Source: an uncultured Chlamydiae bacterium
Lineage (GTDB): Bacteria; Chlamydiota; Chlamydiia; Chlamydiales; Parachlamydiaceae
Length of the DNA: 64,000 bases
Assembly: GCA_963754655.1 (NCBI GenBank)
Contig: CAVWGN010000001.1
Span: 2,272,001 to 2,336,000, forward strand
Direction of reading: 5' to 3'
Shown here: piece after piece, positions 38,011 to 48,568 of the stretch
Layout: the number at the start of each line of letters is the position of its first letter
How positions within the stretch are numbered: the first letter of the stretch is position 1
Translations under genes and position numbers: made by a program
Notes under the pieces: generated by a model
What the model saw: the letters and a program-made list of their open reading frames with translations, nothing else
Database searches by the model: none
What the model was told of the DNA's origin: nothing

Positions 38011-39482
38011 ACCAACGGCACAACTTCCTGGCTGGAGCGTTGGAAAAATGCAAAAGGACGCGATGAATGGTGTGACAACATTCCTTGCTGCGCTCGAACA
38101 GAATGAGCAATTAATTGGGCCGTTTGGATAGCATAATAAAGCTGAATTTGTTCAATAGAACAGGAAGATAACTCATGGGGAGTATTCAGCAACGCGAGCT
38201 GATCTAGCAAAGCACAGCCGCGATCTAAATGGGCCCGGTCATGATGAATACCAACATAAGACCACATAATCTGCCGCAAGCATTTCCAATCTTCTTCTAC
38301 AATGGATGAGGAAGCGCCCACATGAGTAACACTTTCGCGAATATCTGGAAAATAATAAATAAACTTATTAGCTTGCTTTGCAATGTCTTCTGCGCAAGCC
38401 AACGCCCATGTTAAACTCTCTAATACACTTAATGACTCTTCTTTGTAATTCCAAAAGAGCCCTGTACAAGCGACTTCTCCAATTGCTCGCAAACGCTGTA
38501 TACTTGTTTGAGCTGCTCTGTCGATGGCAATTCCCCCGCATGTATGGGCAGCAACGGGTACAATAGGTAAGAGATCTTTGGCAATATTAAAACCATGGTT
38601 GAGACAATAGGTATCAACTGTTGGAAACTTTTCTTTTAAAGCAATAGGGTCTAAAAGTGTTAAATCCAACCATAAATGTTCACTGCGTGTCTTCAGTAAC
38701 TGATCATAAAATTGATGCACAAGATAACTAAGAGAAGAAACCTCGATTGCTAAAGGTGCTGTTTTTGAAGCGTAAATCATTCCTCCCTCTGCTAATAATT
38801 CGAGCGGAAGAGGAAAACAAGGACGATCCTTTTCAAATAGACCCATTGGATAAAATTGAATTTGATCCATATTCAGCAACCGGGCTCCTGCTCGATAAGC
38901 AATGGCAATTCCCCCTCCGCAGGCTGTAGATGAATGAGTGGAATAAGGGAATAAAGAAGGAGCGCCTCCGGTAGCTAAGATGGTTTCTTTTGCCAAATAA
39001 TATTCCAATCTCTGATTGTCATGATTATAAGCAACTACGCCAATACAAGCTGGCTTCTTATAGCGATCTGCTTTTTTAAGAGAGTGATGATCTAAAGTTA
39101 AAAGTTCAATAACGCTATGATGGGAGATGCATTCCACGTGAGAATGTTGTTTCAATTGATCTTGTAAACAACGATGAATATCAATATTGCCATTGCGATC
39201 GACAAGATAATTGGGTTCTAATAATTCATCGATACTGGGACGAGCTAAAATAGACAGGTGTTCATAAGCGCGCGAGCAGCTAACCTGCTCTTGCTTTTCC
39301 CTTTGCAATTCCCGCACTTTCTCTTCTAAGCTATCATGTCGAATAAAAGAAGCGTGGTAAACGCGTTGATCAAAAGGAGAAGTCATGATTGTAACAGCAA
39401 TTCCTCGTTTAGCCAAGGCCAAGGCCACAGCGCATCCTGCTATCCCAGCTCCTATAACTAAAATTTCTTTTGTCTTGACCAT
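38007..39482 (-). CDS. L-aspartate oxidase (NadB)-like flavoprotein, catalytically degenerate
   Basis: GAGIAG, LATGG, AYRAGA, TCGG and AIGEVACTGL retained; QFHPT, PRD and GANR motifs altered or absent. Confidence 0.75.
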   Translation of the reverse strand: MVKTKEILVIGAGIAGCAVALALAKRGIAVTIMTSPFDQRVYHASFIRHDSLEEKVRELQREKQEQVSCSRAYEHLSILARPSIDELLEPNYLVDRNGNIDIHRCLQDQLKQHSHVECISHHSVIELLTLDHHSLKKADRYKKPACIGVVAYNHDNQRLEYYLAKETILATGGAPSLFPYSTHSSTACGGGIAIAYRAGARLLNMDQIQFYPMGLFEKDRPCFPLPLELLAEGGMIYASKTAPLAIEVSSLSYLVHQFYDQLLKTRSEHLWLDLTLLDPIALKEKFPTVDTYCLNHGFNIAKDLLPIVPVAAHTCGGIAIDRAAQTSIQRLRAIGEVACTGLFWNYKEESLSVLESLTWALACAEDIAKQANKFIYYFPDIRESVTHVGASSSIVEEDWKCLRQIMWSYVGIHHDRAHLDRGCALLDQLALLNTPHELSSCSIEQIQLYYAIQTAQLIAHSVRAQQGMLSHHSSRPFAFFQRSSQEVVPLV

Positions 39483-39552
39483 ATCTCTCCTTTATTACTC
39501 GAAATAAATTGATACTTCCTTTAAAGTATATGCCTCGAAATAGGTTGGTCAA

Positions 39553-40179
39553 ATGAGGCATGCTTTTCCTCTCTTTCAATCCCACTTGGATTTAGCGCAT
39601 ACTTACTGGACGCAAATTGTTCAAAAAGGCGATCTTGCCATTGATGCAACATGCGGCAATGGTCATGATACTTTGAAATTATGCCAACTTAGCCTATCAA
39701 TCGACAAGGGTAAAGTCTATGCCTTTGATATTCAATCTCAAGCAATTAAGTCAACCCATCATTTTCTTGATACTCATCTGACAGGGGAATTAAAGTGCCG
39801 GGTGGACATTCGACACTGTTGCCATTCGGCTTTTCCCACAGACATTCTTCCACAAAGCATAAAATTGATTGTTTATAATCTGGGTTATTTACCAGGTGGA
39901 AATAAGGATCAAACCACGCAAGTGGAAACGACCCTGACAAGCTTGCATCACGCTCAAAAGCTATTGCAACCAGGAGGTGTCATCAGTATCACTTGTTATT
40001 CAGGTCATACAGAAGGCGCAAAAGAGCAAGCCGCTATTTTAGACTATGTTTCGTGCTTATCGCCTAAAGAATGGAGCTGTTGCCACCATGTTTGGCTTAA
40101 TCGACAGCAAGCTCCTAGCTTACTTATCCTTCAGCATCAAATCCCACTACCGTTCGATAGCAAAGCAAAAGATGATTGA
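39553..40179 (+). CDS. SAM-dependent methyltransferase (YtqB/MnmM-like)
   Basis: IDATCGNGHDT, YAFDIQ, YNLGYLPGG and Y.GH.EG..E. Confidence 0.8.
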   Translation: MRHAFPLFQSHLDLAHTYWTQIVQKGDLAIDATCGNGHDTLKLCQLSLSIDKGKVYAFDIQSQAIKSTHHFLDTHLTGELKCRVDIRHCCHSAFPTDILPQSIKLIVYNLGYLPGGNKDQTTQVETTLTSLHHAQKLLQPGGVISITCYSGHTEGAKEQAAILDYVSCLSPKEWSCCHHVWLNRQQAPSLLILQHQIPLPFDSKAKDD

Positions 40180-40714
40180 CACCATTAAGGGCAGAATGAG
40201 GGCAAGATTCCGTAGGAAGGTGATAGCGCTGAGCAATAGTATTTTTAGACAAACTCATTTCCTTTGGAAATGGATCGCCTCTTTCTCGATAGGTTTTAAT
40301 CTCTAAGGCCCAATACATAGAAGCAAAATCCAACCAATGATAAGGCCAACGTTTTTGCTCTTGAGTATAGATATCAATAAGTTGAGCAAAAAAATTGCGG
40401 TCAAAAGCTGGATTCTGACAAAGATAAATTGTTGTTCCTCGTAGGATTTGAAGATCGGTAAAAATTTGAATAATTTCTTCACGGACAATCGCCTCTTCCT
40501 TGCCCAATTGAACTTTATCCCATGTAAATCCATTCACTTCGATGCTAACGGGATCGCGCCTTTCCCAGACCTCTAATGGCTGTTTCACAATGGTTTGATA
40601 AGTCAGCTTTTCGTAACCAGAGGGTACATCAACGACCTTAAAAGCTATTTCCAAAAGCCGATGAGAAAAAGGATCAAGACCTGTGGTTTCAGTATCTAAG
40701 AAAATGACTTGCAT
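40124..40714 (-). CDS. DEDD 3'-5' exonuclease
   Basis: FLDTETTGLD, QNPAFD and HSAL. Confidence 0.8.
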   Translation of the reverse strand: MQVIFLDTETTGLDPFSHRLLEIAFKVVDVPSGYEKLTYQTIVKQPLEVWERRDPVSIEVNGFTWDKVQLGKEEAIVREEIIQIFTDLQILRGTTIYLCQNPAFDRNFFAQLIDIYTQEQKRWPYHWLDFASMYWALEIKTYRERGDPFPKEMSLSKNTIAQRYHLPTESCPHSALNGVNHLLLCYRTVVGFDAEG

Positions 40715-40964
40715 AAATTTTGAATTACCTTAAATCAAAGAAAAGGGGTTCCCATATAGCAAAAATTAGAGACGCATTCAACAAGTTTTTATTAAATAGC
40801 CAAAAACCATCTTTTAGGTAAACTCCCTAGCTTTCTAAAGCCTTTTCTCAAGTATTTAATAATCAAATAGAATGGAAAAAGCCCACTTGTAAAAACAAAG
40901 ATTTTTGTTGCTTGCAAGATAAAATTATGGTTATGATTAAGAGGTTTTAACAAAATTAGCAATT

Positions 40965-41339
40965 ATGAAAGTATTTAAACCTCTTTTACAGCTTTTTGTC
41001 CGCTTTCGTTATCCGGTGTCCATGCCTGAAGATGTGGCTGCTGATTTAGGAATTAATATTACAAATTCTTTGAATTTCCAAGAATTTATGAGTTGTCTAA
41101 TAGATCCCCGCTATCGCCCAACCAAATTGACTCGCTTTATGCCACGTGATCAAGCAGAAGATATCTTTCGCTTGGCTAGACGCAAGGAAAGATTTCCACA
41201 AAATTCCTTAATCTCTTATTATTTTAAAGGAGGGTGGATGGAATTTGTTTTGCAATTTGACGAGCAATCACGCTTAAGACGCCTTTACATTCGACACAAA
41301 GACCTTAAACACAAGCATGAGATCCCAATCTCTTCCTAA
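40965..41339 (+). CDS. Hypothetical protein
   Basis: 124-aa ORF co-oriented with and upstream of nusB. Confidence 0.65.
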   Translation: MKVFKPLLQLFVRFRYPVSMPEDVAADLGINITNSLNFQEFMSCLIDPRYRPTKLTRFMPRDQAEDIFRLARRKERFPQNSLISYYFKGGWMEFVLQFDEQSRLRRLYIRHKDLKHKHEIPISS

Positions 41340-41409
41340 AGTTGCAAATCTTGCCTGCTTCTGCTACACTTTCCCACGTTTTATTAATTGTCTATTGATT
41401 TAGGATCCT

Positions 41410-41976
41410 ATGGCACTGTCTCAACAAAAATTCCGCGAAATTGTCTTGCAACTCTTATATAGTCAAGATGTCACCCATTCCAATGACGCTTTAATGATTG
41501 AACTGATGATGTCGGAACTCACTGTTTCCAAAAAAAATGTGCGGTTAGCTCAAGAACGTGTACAAAAGATCAGAAAATGTCTTTCAGAAATAGATCCTTT
41601 AATTGCTTCTGTTTCAATTTCCTATGATTTCGAACGCATTCAAGTTGTGACAAAAAACATTTTGAGGCTCGGTGTATATGAGCTTCTTTATGATGATCAA
41701 ATTCCTCATAAAGTGGCCATCGCTGAAGCCATTCGTTTATCGCGAAAATTTAATACGCCGGAATCTGCTTCCTTTGTCAATGCGGTGCTTGACCATCTCT
41801 ATCAAACTAGGCAAGGTGGACAAGTCAATCTGCAAGCACTGACACAACAATCTCAAGCTTTCATACAAAGTGAACAAATCGCCTCTGATGCTGCCCGCGA
41901 ACAATCCCTTCATAAAAAAGAGCTTGGCACAAAGTCTGGAGAGGATCTTTCTCATGACACTAATGGAACAGTTTGA
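41410..41976 (+). CDS. nusB: Transcription antitermination factor NusB
   Basis: REIVLQLLY, ILRLGVYEL, VAIAEAIRL and FVNAVLD. Confidence 0.93.
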   Translation: MALSQQKFREIVLQLLYSQDVTHSNDALMIELMMSELTVSKKNVRLAQERVQKIRKCLSEIDPLIASVSISYDFERIQVVTKNILRLGVYELLYDDQIPHKVAIAEAIRLSRKFNTPESASFVNAVLDHLYQTRQGGQVNLQALTQQSQAFIQSEQIASDAAREQSLHKKELGTKSGEDLSHDTNGTV

Positions 41977-42850
41977 ACGCCATCGTCTATTAAAAGACGT
42001 GACGACTTTTGGCATTGGGGGGCCAGCAGACTATTTCATTGAAGTCCACGCTATTCCTGCTATGCAATCCGTTCTTCGTTTTTGCAAAATTCATCAATTG
42101 CCTTATTTTATCCTTGGCAAGGGTTCAAATGTATTATTTGATGATCGAGGGTTTGCTGGATTAGTCATCGCCAATCGCATTCATTTCCTCAATAAATTGG
42201 AGGAAAATATTTGGCATGTGGGTGCAGGTTATAGTTTTTCCTTACTAGGGTCACAGACTGCACGTCAAGGATGGACAGGATTAGAGTTTGCCTCAGGTAT
42301 TCCTGGAAGTGTCGGAGGTGCAGTCTACATGAATGCTGGAGCGAATGGATGCGAAACTTGTCAGACTTTAATTTCTGTTGACTTTGTCGATTCAAATGGA
42401 GAATTATTCTGTTTACCAAAAGAGGAACTGTCTTTTGGTTATCGATTCTCTTCTTTTCAACAAAGAAAAGGAGCGATTGTAGGGGCTAATTTTCGGATGA
42501 CAAAAACTCCCGAGGCTCGTCAAAAACAACTAGACATTATAAACTATCGAAAAAAAACACAGCCTTATGATGCTAAATCAGCAGGTTGTGTTTTTCGCAA
42601 TCCCTCGTGTGCTCATGCTGGTGCACTCATCGATCAAAGCGGACTCAAGGGAAAAACTCTCGGCGGTGCACAAGTTTCCACCTTGCATGCTAACTTTGTC
42701 ATCAACACAGGTCATGCCACGTCCGCTGACATTCTTAATCTCATTGAATATATCCGTCATGAAGTGAAAGCCTGCACAGGCTTTCATTTAGAAAACGAAA
42801 TACGCTGCATTCCTTATTGCCCTGCCAAGGGGATATTTGAAAATGAATGA
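41954..42850 (+). CDS. murB: UDP-N-acetylenolpyruvoylglucosamine reductase
   Basis: TTFGIGGPA, GKGSN, GLEFASGIPGSVGGAVYMNAGA, SAGCVFRNP and HANF; ATG at 41954. Confidence 0.95.
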   Translation: MTLMEQFERHRLLKDVTTFGIGGPADYFIEVHAIPAMQSVLRFCKIHQLPYFILGKGSNVLFDDRGFAGLVIANRIHFLNKLEENIWHVGAGYSFSLLGSQTARQGWTGLEFASGIPGSVGGAVYMNAGANGCETCQTLISVDFVDSNGELFCLPKEELSFGYRFSSFQQRKGAIVGANFRMTKTPEARQKQLDIINYRKKTQPYDAKSAGCVFRNPSCAHAGALIDQSGLKGKTLGGAQVSTLHANFVINTGHATSADILNLIEYIRHEVKACTGFHLENEIRCIPYCPAKGIFENE

Positions 42851-43688
42851 GTTCCGTGCCGATTTACATTGCCATACAACTTGTTCAGATGGCACGGTTA
42901 AACCACAAGATATCATTCAGCTAGCCCATGATATAGGATTGCAAGGTCTTTCTATCACTGATCATGACACCATTTCGGCTTATCCGGAAGCAGCTCCTCT
43001 TGCGCAAGCGAAGAATTTAAGTCTCATATCCGGATTAGAGCTCTCAGCTATTCATCAACACACAAGTGTGCATATTTTAGCTTATAGCTTTCCTCTCTCT
43101 TCTCCGATTATTGAAGAATTTTGCCACAGACATCATCAAAGACGCGAACAGCGCAATCAAGCGATTCTCCATCTTCTGGCTAAACATCACATGCCCTTGT
43201 CCGTTGAAGATTTGTCGCAAGAAGCATTCTCTTGCCCAAAACATTCCATTGGACGTCCGCATATTGCTATGGCAATGGTAAAAAAAGGATATGTCAATTC
43301 CATCCAAGAAGCCTTTTATAAATATATTGGCGAAGGAAAACTCTGCTATGAACCAGGAGCGATTTTTAGCGTAGAGGAAACTCTTGATATCATTCATCAA
43401 GCAAAAGGACTAGCCATTATCGCCCATCCTCATTTAATTGAGAAAGTGGGCATTTTACGAGATTTATTGGAAATGAACTTTGATGGCATTGAAGGTTATT
43501 ATGCACGCTTTCCGCGCACAGCTACTGAACGTTGGATCAAAATTGGCGAGCGCAAAGGGTGGATCATCACAGGTGGATCTGATTTTCATGGAGATATTAA
43601 ACCTACACTTCCTTTGGGAAGTTCATGGGTTAATGCAGAAACATTTGCCATTCTTGAACAACATTTTCAACTCAACCAGTCGTCTTAA
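42837..43688 (+). CDS. PHP-domain phosphoesterase (YciV/TrpH-like)
   Basis: DLHCHTTCSDG, ITDHD, GRPHIA, AHP and GGSDFHG. Confidence 0.9.
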   Translation: MKMNEFRADLHCHTTCSDGTVKPQDIIQLAHDIGLQGLSITDHDTISAYPEAAPLAQAKNLSLISGLELSAIHQHTSVHILAYSFPLSSPIIEEFCHRHHQRREQRNQAILHLLAKHHMPLSVEDLSQEAFSCPKHSIGRPHIAMAMVKKGYVNSIQEAFYKYIGEGKLCYEPGAIFSVEETLDIIHQAKGLAIIAHPHLIEKVGILRDLLEMNFDGIEGYYARFPRTATERWIKIGERKGWIITGGSDFHGDIKPTLPLGSSWVNAETFAILEQHFQLNQSS

Positions 43689-43701
43689 ACCTAAATCAAA
43701 C

Positions 43702-44958
43702 ATGTCTTATTCTGCTCTTATTCAAAAGCTTTTTAATGTCAATTTATTCGGTGGCGTCAAACTCGGTCTGCAAAATGTTCAATACCTCCAAAAACTATTG
43801 AACTTTCCCGATCGATCTTTCACGACCATCCATGTGGCAGGCACTAATGGCAAAGGCTCAGTCACGACAAAAATTGCTCATGCTTTTGAGCAGGCAGGCT
43901 ATCGAGTCGGGCTGTATACCTCTCCGCATATTTCTAGCTTCAGAGAGCGCATCCGCATCAATGGCACAATGATTCCAGAGGAGGCTGTAGAATCTCTTCT
44001 TACCTTCCTTTTTCAATTAATAGAATCTGAACAAATTCCCGCTACGTTTTTCGAGTTAACCACTTTTTTAGCTTTCCTCTATTTTGCTCATCAACACGTG
44101 GAAGTTGCGGTTTTGGAAACAGGCTTAGGAGGACGTCTAGATGCCACTAATGTGGTCTCCCCTTGCCTATCCATCATTACCTCTATTCAATTAGACCACA
44201 CTGAAATCCTAGGTCATACACGCGAAGCAATCGCTAGGGAAAAAGGAGGGATCATTAAAGAAAAAATTCCAGTCATCATTGGTCCTCATGTTCCTTTAGA
44301 ACCCATTCACTCCATTGCTTTAGACAAAGGCAGCCTTTGCATACAAGTCAAAGAAACTTCTCCTCTCTTTGAAGAGCAAAATCAAATGATTGCCCGTGCA
44401 GCCTTAAATTATCTTGCTTCTCAATTTCATCTTTCGCCTCATGACATTGAAAAAGGCTTAGGAGGAAAACAGCCTTGCCGCTTTGAAGTGATCAATGGAT
44501 CTCCTCATATCATCTTAGACGTGGCACACAATCCTGATGGTCTTCAACATCTTTTTCAAATGATGGCGCATGATTACCCAGAGCAGCCTTTGCGTCTATT
44601 ATTTGGATTATCCAAAAATAAAGATCTTACAGGCTGTTTACAGCTTCTCGCTAAGCATGGCGCTCACTTTCATCTGGTAGAGGCAAGTAATGGACGTGGT
44701 GCATCAGTTACCCATCTTTATACCCATTTATGTGAGTTAGCAGTCAATCCTTCTTGCATTTTCAAGCATGAATTCATTTTTGAAGGGATAAATCAAGCAA
44801 AAGAAAAAGCCATAAAACATGGAGAGATTCTTGTCATTTGTGGTTCTTTCTTTATCATGAAACAAGTGCGACAAGCTCTTGACTTTAATGAACCTTGCGA
44901 TCAACTAGATCTCAATGAGTCATATAGGGCAAAAGAAGATGATTTGCCTCCAAGATGA
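43702..44958 (+). CDS. folC: Folylpolyglutamate/dihydrofolate synthase
   Basis: HVAGTNGKGS, YTSPH..FRERI, ETGLGGRLDATN and LDVAHN; ATG at 43702. Confidence 0.93.
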   Translation: MSYSALIQKLFNVNLFGGVKLGLQNVQYLQKLLNFPDRSFTTIHVAGTNGKGSVTTKIAHAFEQAGYRVGLYTSPHISSFRERIRINGTMIPEEAVESLLTFLFQLIESEQIPATFFELTTFLAFLYFAHQHVEVAVLETGLGGRLDATNVVSPCLSIITSIQLDHTEILGHTREAIAREKGGIIKEKIPVIIGPHVPLEPIHSIALDKGSLCIQVKETSPLFEEQNQMIARAALNYLASQFHLSPHDIEKGLGGKQPCRFEVINGSPHIILDVAHNPDGLQHLFQMMAHDYPEQPLRLLFGLSKNKDLTGCLQLLAKHGAHFHLVEASNGRGASVTHLYTHLCELAVNPSCIFKHEFIFEGINQAKEKAIKHGEILVICGSFFIMKQVRQALDFNEPCDQLDLNESYRAKEDDLPPR

Positions 44959-45162
44959 CTTAGAGTTGCCTAAATGTTTTTATCCTCCTTTAGTTTATCA
45001 TTCTTTTTTAATAAAAATTATAATTGATAGGGAATGAACTTGTAAAGTCGCCAAGTTGAGTTAAAGATAAAAGGTTGATATAAATTCACTAATATGAATA
45101 AGATTGTTCAGCATATATTTCAAATTAAATTTTTATAAATCAAAATAAAAGGTATAAAAAAA

Positions 45163-46569
45163 ATGTTTTCTGTTAATGATATTGAAGTAAGATATTATCT
45201 TGATTTAGAAAATCAAGGAGAATGTAGAGTTTGCTCTAACAAATTTAGCAAAGAAGATTTATTGCAAGAAAAAGTCCATAAAACTTGGTGCAATCATTTT
45301 TTTCATACAGCTTGTTTAGATAATCTTTATAAAGCGAAGCCTTCAGAAAGTCTCCTTTGTAAGACTTGTAAAACACCCACAGATTATGCGTTCGATTCAA
45401 AAGATTGGAAAGCAACAATTGAAAGAATTCGACACCACATTCAGAACAGAGGAAGAGGAAGTAAAAGACATTTAGAAGACTCTAAAGAAGCATTGGTCAT
45501 ACCCCCTCCTAATTTCAAGCCTAGTCTTTGGCGTAAAATAGTGATGCATACTCTATCAAAAAATCGAGAGAGGCCCGATCTATTTTGTCGTTTTTTAACA
45601 ACTATTCAAGATATACGCTTAGTATGTAAAGATTTTTCTCAGTGGTTTTCCTTAGAGGAGTGTTCTCCAAGCTTAAAAATTTATTTAGAAAAAAATAACA
45701 TGCAAGCACATAAAATATTATCATCATCATTGGATAATCCACTCATTCTAGCCTGTGCAAAAAGAAATTTTAGCCTTATTCGCTTTTTGCTTTTGTCTTC
45801 AGATGATCCTACTACACTAGCAACACAGCGTGACGACTTTGGAGTAAATGCTTTTAATTATCTTCTTTTTAACAAACCGAACGTAAAGTCTTTGAAACTT
45901 ATGCTTGAGACAGCTCAAGTGGATATCTATGACGAATGCATGTATTCAGTAGACTGGGATTGCGGAGCGCTAGATTATTTAAATACTAATAAAGAAGATT
46001 TGGCTTGCATGAAATTGTTACTTGAAAAAGCGGACAATAAATATAACGTGTTGGATTATGAATTAGGCAACAGGCTGTTTAAAGGTGATAAAGAAATGGT
46101 TCTCTTTTTTCTAGATCAGTTATTTCAATTTTCTGATAAACCTGAGGTAGCCAATTTTTGTGCTAATTATGACTTTGCGCGCTTCTTTACTGATCACAAT
46201 ATACCAAAAGAAAAGCAGGGAGAATGGTTTGAAAAGTTTCTACCCAGAGAATTTATTCCTCGTTGGTTTAAACTTATGGAAAATGAACAATTTGAATGTA
46301 TTTTTACAGATAGTTCAAAGCGCAATCTTCTTCATAGCGCGATTTCAATTGGTGGAACAGTGGAACTTATTCAAGCCATTATTCAACATGCTCATGTAGA
46401 CCTTTTAAAGCCAAATTTTTTTTATGAATCCGTTCTAGTTTTAGCTTTAAACTCAACTAAGAGGGACATGGCAGAATACTTAGCTGAAACAATGCGTATG
46501 TTGGCGAAACAGCAGAATGATGAAGAAACATTAAATCGTATTGAAAATCTTATGCCAGAATTTGTTTAA
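45163..46569 (+). CDS. RING-H2, F-box-like and ankyrin-like protein (putative effector)
   Basis: CRVC..CNHFFHTAC..CKTC; PSLWRKIV..IRLVCKDF; NPLILAC, NLLHSAI and SVLVLAL. Confidence 0.7.
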   Translation: MFSVNDIEVRYYLDLENQGECRVCSNKFSKEDLLQEKVHKTWCNHFFHTACLDNLYKAKPSESLLCKTCKTPTDYAFDSKDWKATIERIRHHIQNRGRGSKRHLEDSKEALVIPPPNFKPSLWRKIVMHTLSKNRERPDLFCRFLTTIQDIRLVCKDFSQWFSLEECSPSLKIYLEKNNMQAHKILSSSLDNPLILACAKRNFSLIRFLLLSSDDPTTLATQRDDFGVNAFNYLLFNKPNVKSLKLMLETAQVDIYDECMYSVDWDCGALDYLNTNKEDLACMKLLLEKADNKYNVLDYELGNRLFKGDKEMVLFFLDQLFQFSDKPEVANFCANYDFARFFTDHNIPKEKQGEWFEKFLPREFIPRWFKLMENEQFECIFTDSSKRNLLHSAISIGGTVELIQAIIQHAHVDLLKPNFFYESVLVLALNSTKRDMAEYLAETMRMLAKQQNDEETLNRIENLMPEFV

Positions 46570-46746
46570 TTTTTAGTCAGAGAAACTTTTCAATCCTGAA
46601 GTTAACTGATTGTGGCTCACCTTACGTATTGCTCTCTCCTAAATAACCTCTGGTCATTTTCGGTTTTTAGAGAGAGAGCTGTTATCAGTTTGACTTGAGC
46701 GTAAGGTGTAAGATGAAGGATTGAAGAACTTCTTACCATTTAATTG

Positions 46747-47856
46747 CTATTGCGTTAGTGGCCGTAACAAAAATCCATGAGAAACACCATTAATCTTGCC
46801 TTGACCAATGATATGCCCACTATCGTTGAGATCAACAAGCTCATCTAAAGAATCCCAAACATGACCTTGATGATCAGTTAAATCCACCACTTCTAATAAA
46901 TCATAAAGCTGGCCTTTCTCCCAAATTGCCGGCTTCCCTCTTTTTTCACCCTCTAAAAATTTTCCCACAATCAAATTTTGATTATTATTTTTAATAGGAT
47001 CAAAGTGGTCGATCATGATGCATTCGCTGAAAGAATCACTCAAAAAACCACGAGTGGTGTGAGTCAAAGGATCATAAAAAGTTCCGATCACTTGACCGAG
47101 GTCATTGATGGCCCTTCCAATTCCATTAACAGGAAATTTCAAAAGGCGGATTGCCTCATCTGCGATATTATAAACAAACGTGCCCACCCTTTCCTCTTCA
47201 TGCACGCTATCTTCTTCTTTATAATAGTATCCTAAAACTTCCGATCGATTATTAATGCTTATTCCTATACAAGAGTGCAGCTGAGTAACGAGCTTGTATT
47301 CACCCTTTTGATAAATCCACATCCGATATTGAAATCCTAAAGGATTTCCTACCAAAAAGTCTTTAATGGAATCGCTGTTCATCACAACTAACTCACCATG
47401 ATCATTGACATCCCATAATACTGTTCTTTCCTGTTGAAAAGGAGAATACTTGCCTGCGTCTTTTGGAAATCCCAATCCCACCACGTTAAAAAGGGTAAAA
47501 AAGCTTAAAGGATTTTGCCAACAAAAAATTGTTTCTTGATCGAAATCCCAAATATCATCATTGACTAACAGCCATTGACTACCAAAAATTTCAGAATGAT
47601 TATTGATTAAAGGTCTAATTGAAGGGCGAATTTTAAAATAATTGAGTTGATTTGAAGAAGGATCCCAAATAAATATGTAACTTTTAGCGTTATGCTTAAA
47701 TATTCCACAAATCTGTCCGCTCTCGTTGATGCTAGTTACCTCGCTTGTTTGATAATTAAGCAGCCCGATATCGATTAAGTGGTAACGTTGCAGTGCATTC
47801 AGGGAATCAACAAAAAAAAATAATAATGAAAATAGATAAAGGAAATATTTTATCAC
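46747..47856 (-). CDS. Secreted HAF-type repeat beta-propeller protein
   Basis: Signal peptide; SINESGQICG, AINDLGQVIG and LNDSGHIIG..HGFLL. Confidence 0.7.
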   Translation of the reverse strand: MIKYFLYLFSLLFFFVDSLNALQRYHLIDIGLLNYQTSEVTSINESGQICGIFKHNAKSYIFIWDPSSNQLNYFKIRPSIRPLINNHSEIFGSQWLLVNDDIWDFDQETIFCWQNPLSFFTLFNVVGLGFPKDAGKYSPFQQERTVLWDVNDHGELVVMNSDSIKDFLVGNPLGFQYRMWIYQKGEYKLVTQLHSCIGISINNRSEVLGYYYKEEDSVHEEERVGTFVYNIADEAIRLLKFPVNGIGRAINDLGQVIGTFYDPLTHTTRGFLSDSFSECIMIDHFDPIKNNNQNLIVGKFLEGEKRGKPAIWEKGQLYDLLEVVDLTDHQGHVWDSLDELVDLNDSGHIIGQGKINGVSHGFLLRPLTQ

Positions 47857-48046
47857 TTTACACTCCTGCTAAATGGATACTTATTCTAATCCTTCTCTCG
47901 ATTTAGAACAATATGGAGTTATAAATGAACAATTCTTCAAATTGGAAGAGACTTTATTGCAGTGAATAAAATGTGTATAGCCATTTAAGCTAAGAAAAAA
48001 AGCCAAGCAGATGACCTTGAGTCGTTGCTTGGCCAAATTCCGTCAG

Positions 48047-48568
48047 TTAACCGTGATTCTGAATAGCAGCCAAAATAACCTGTGGATCTTGTCTAAGAGC
48101 TGCATATTGAGGATCCTCGCCATCGTTCTGAATGGCAGCTAAGAGAATTGCTGGATCTTTTTTAAGGCTTTCATCTGGATGCAGAAGAATCTGAACATTT
48201 TTCTTAGCGGCAGCCAGGATCACCTGTCCAATCAGGTGATGTTGCTGAGATGTCCAATGCTCGCTCACCTCAATTCCCTTATAAATAATGGATTGAATGG
48301 ATTGAGCAGGATTTTCACGTTGAAAAAAAGGCTGTACCAGGGACTTCGCCCATGAGATGGAAGGATTTTTCTCAAGAATGCGTTTCCACTTTTGACAGGT
48401 AAGTAAAATAGAATAAATATCATGTAAAGCTTGGCTGTCTTGATTGATAATCCGATTAAAAATTATTTTGAATATATCCTCAGGAATGAATATATTGACA
48501 GCTTCATTTGAAGGATTTTGCGTGATTTGTGAATGATGACTGTTAATGTACATTATTATTATCTCCAT
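48047..48568 (-). CDS. Short F-box-like protein with degenerate DUF4116-type repeats
   Basis: IPEDIFKIIF..SILLTCQKWKRILEKNP matches the 9611 and 11123 genes; DESLKKDPAILLAAIQ. Confidence 0.7.
   Translation of the reverse strand: MEIIIMYINSHHSQITQNPSNEAVNIFIPEDIFKIIFNRIINQDSQALHDIYSILLTCQKWKRILEKNPSISWAKSLVQPFFQRENPAQSIQSIIYKGIEVSEHWTSQQHHLIGQVILAAAKKNVQILLHPDESLKKDPAILLAAIQNDGEDPQYAALRQDPQVILAAIQNHG

Noticed and set aside
43480..43701. N-terminal extension of FolC in the ORF track (similarly murB 41870-41953)
   Set aside because: Overlaps the upstream gene; homology-like sequence starts at the downstream ATG.
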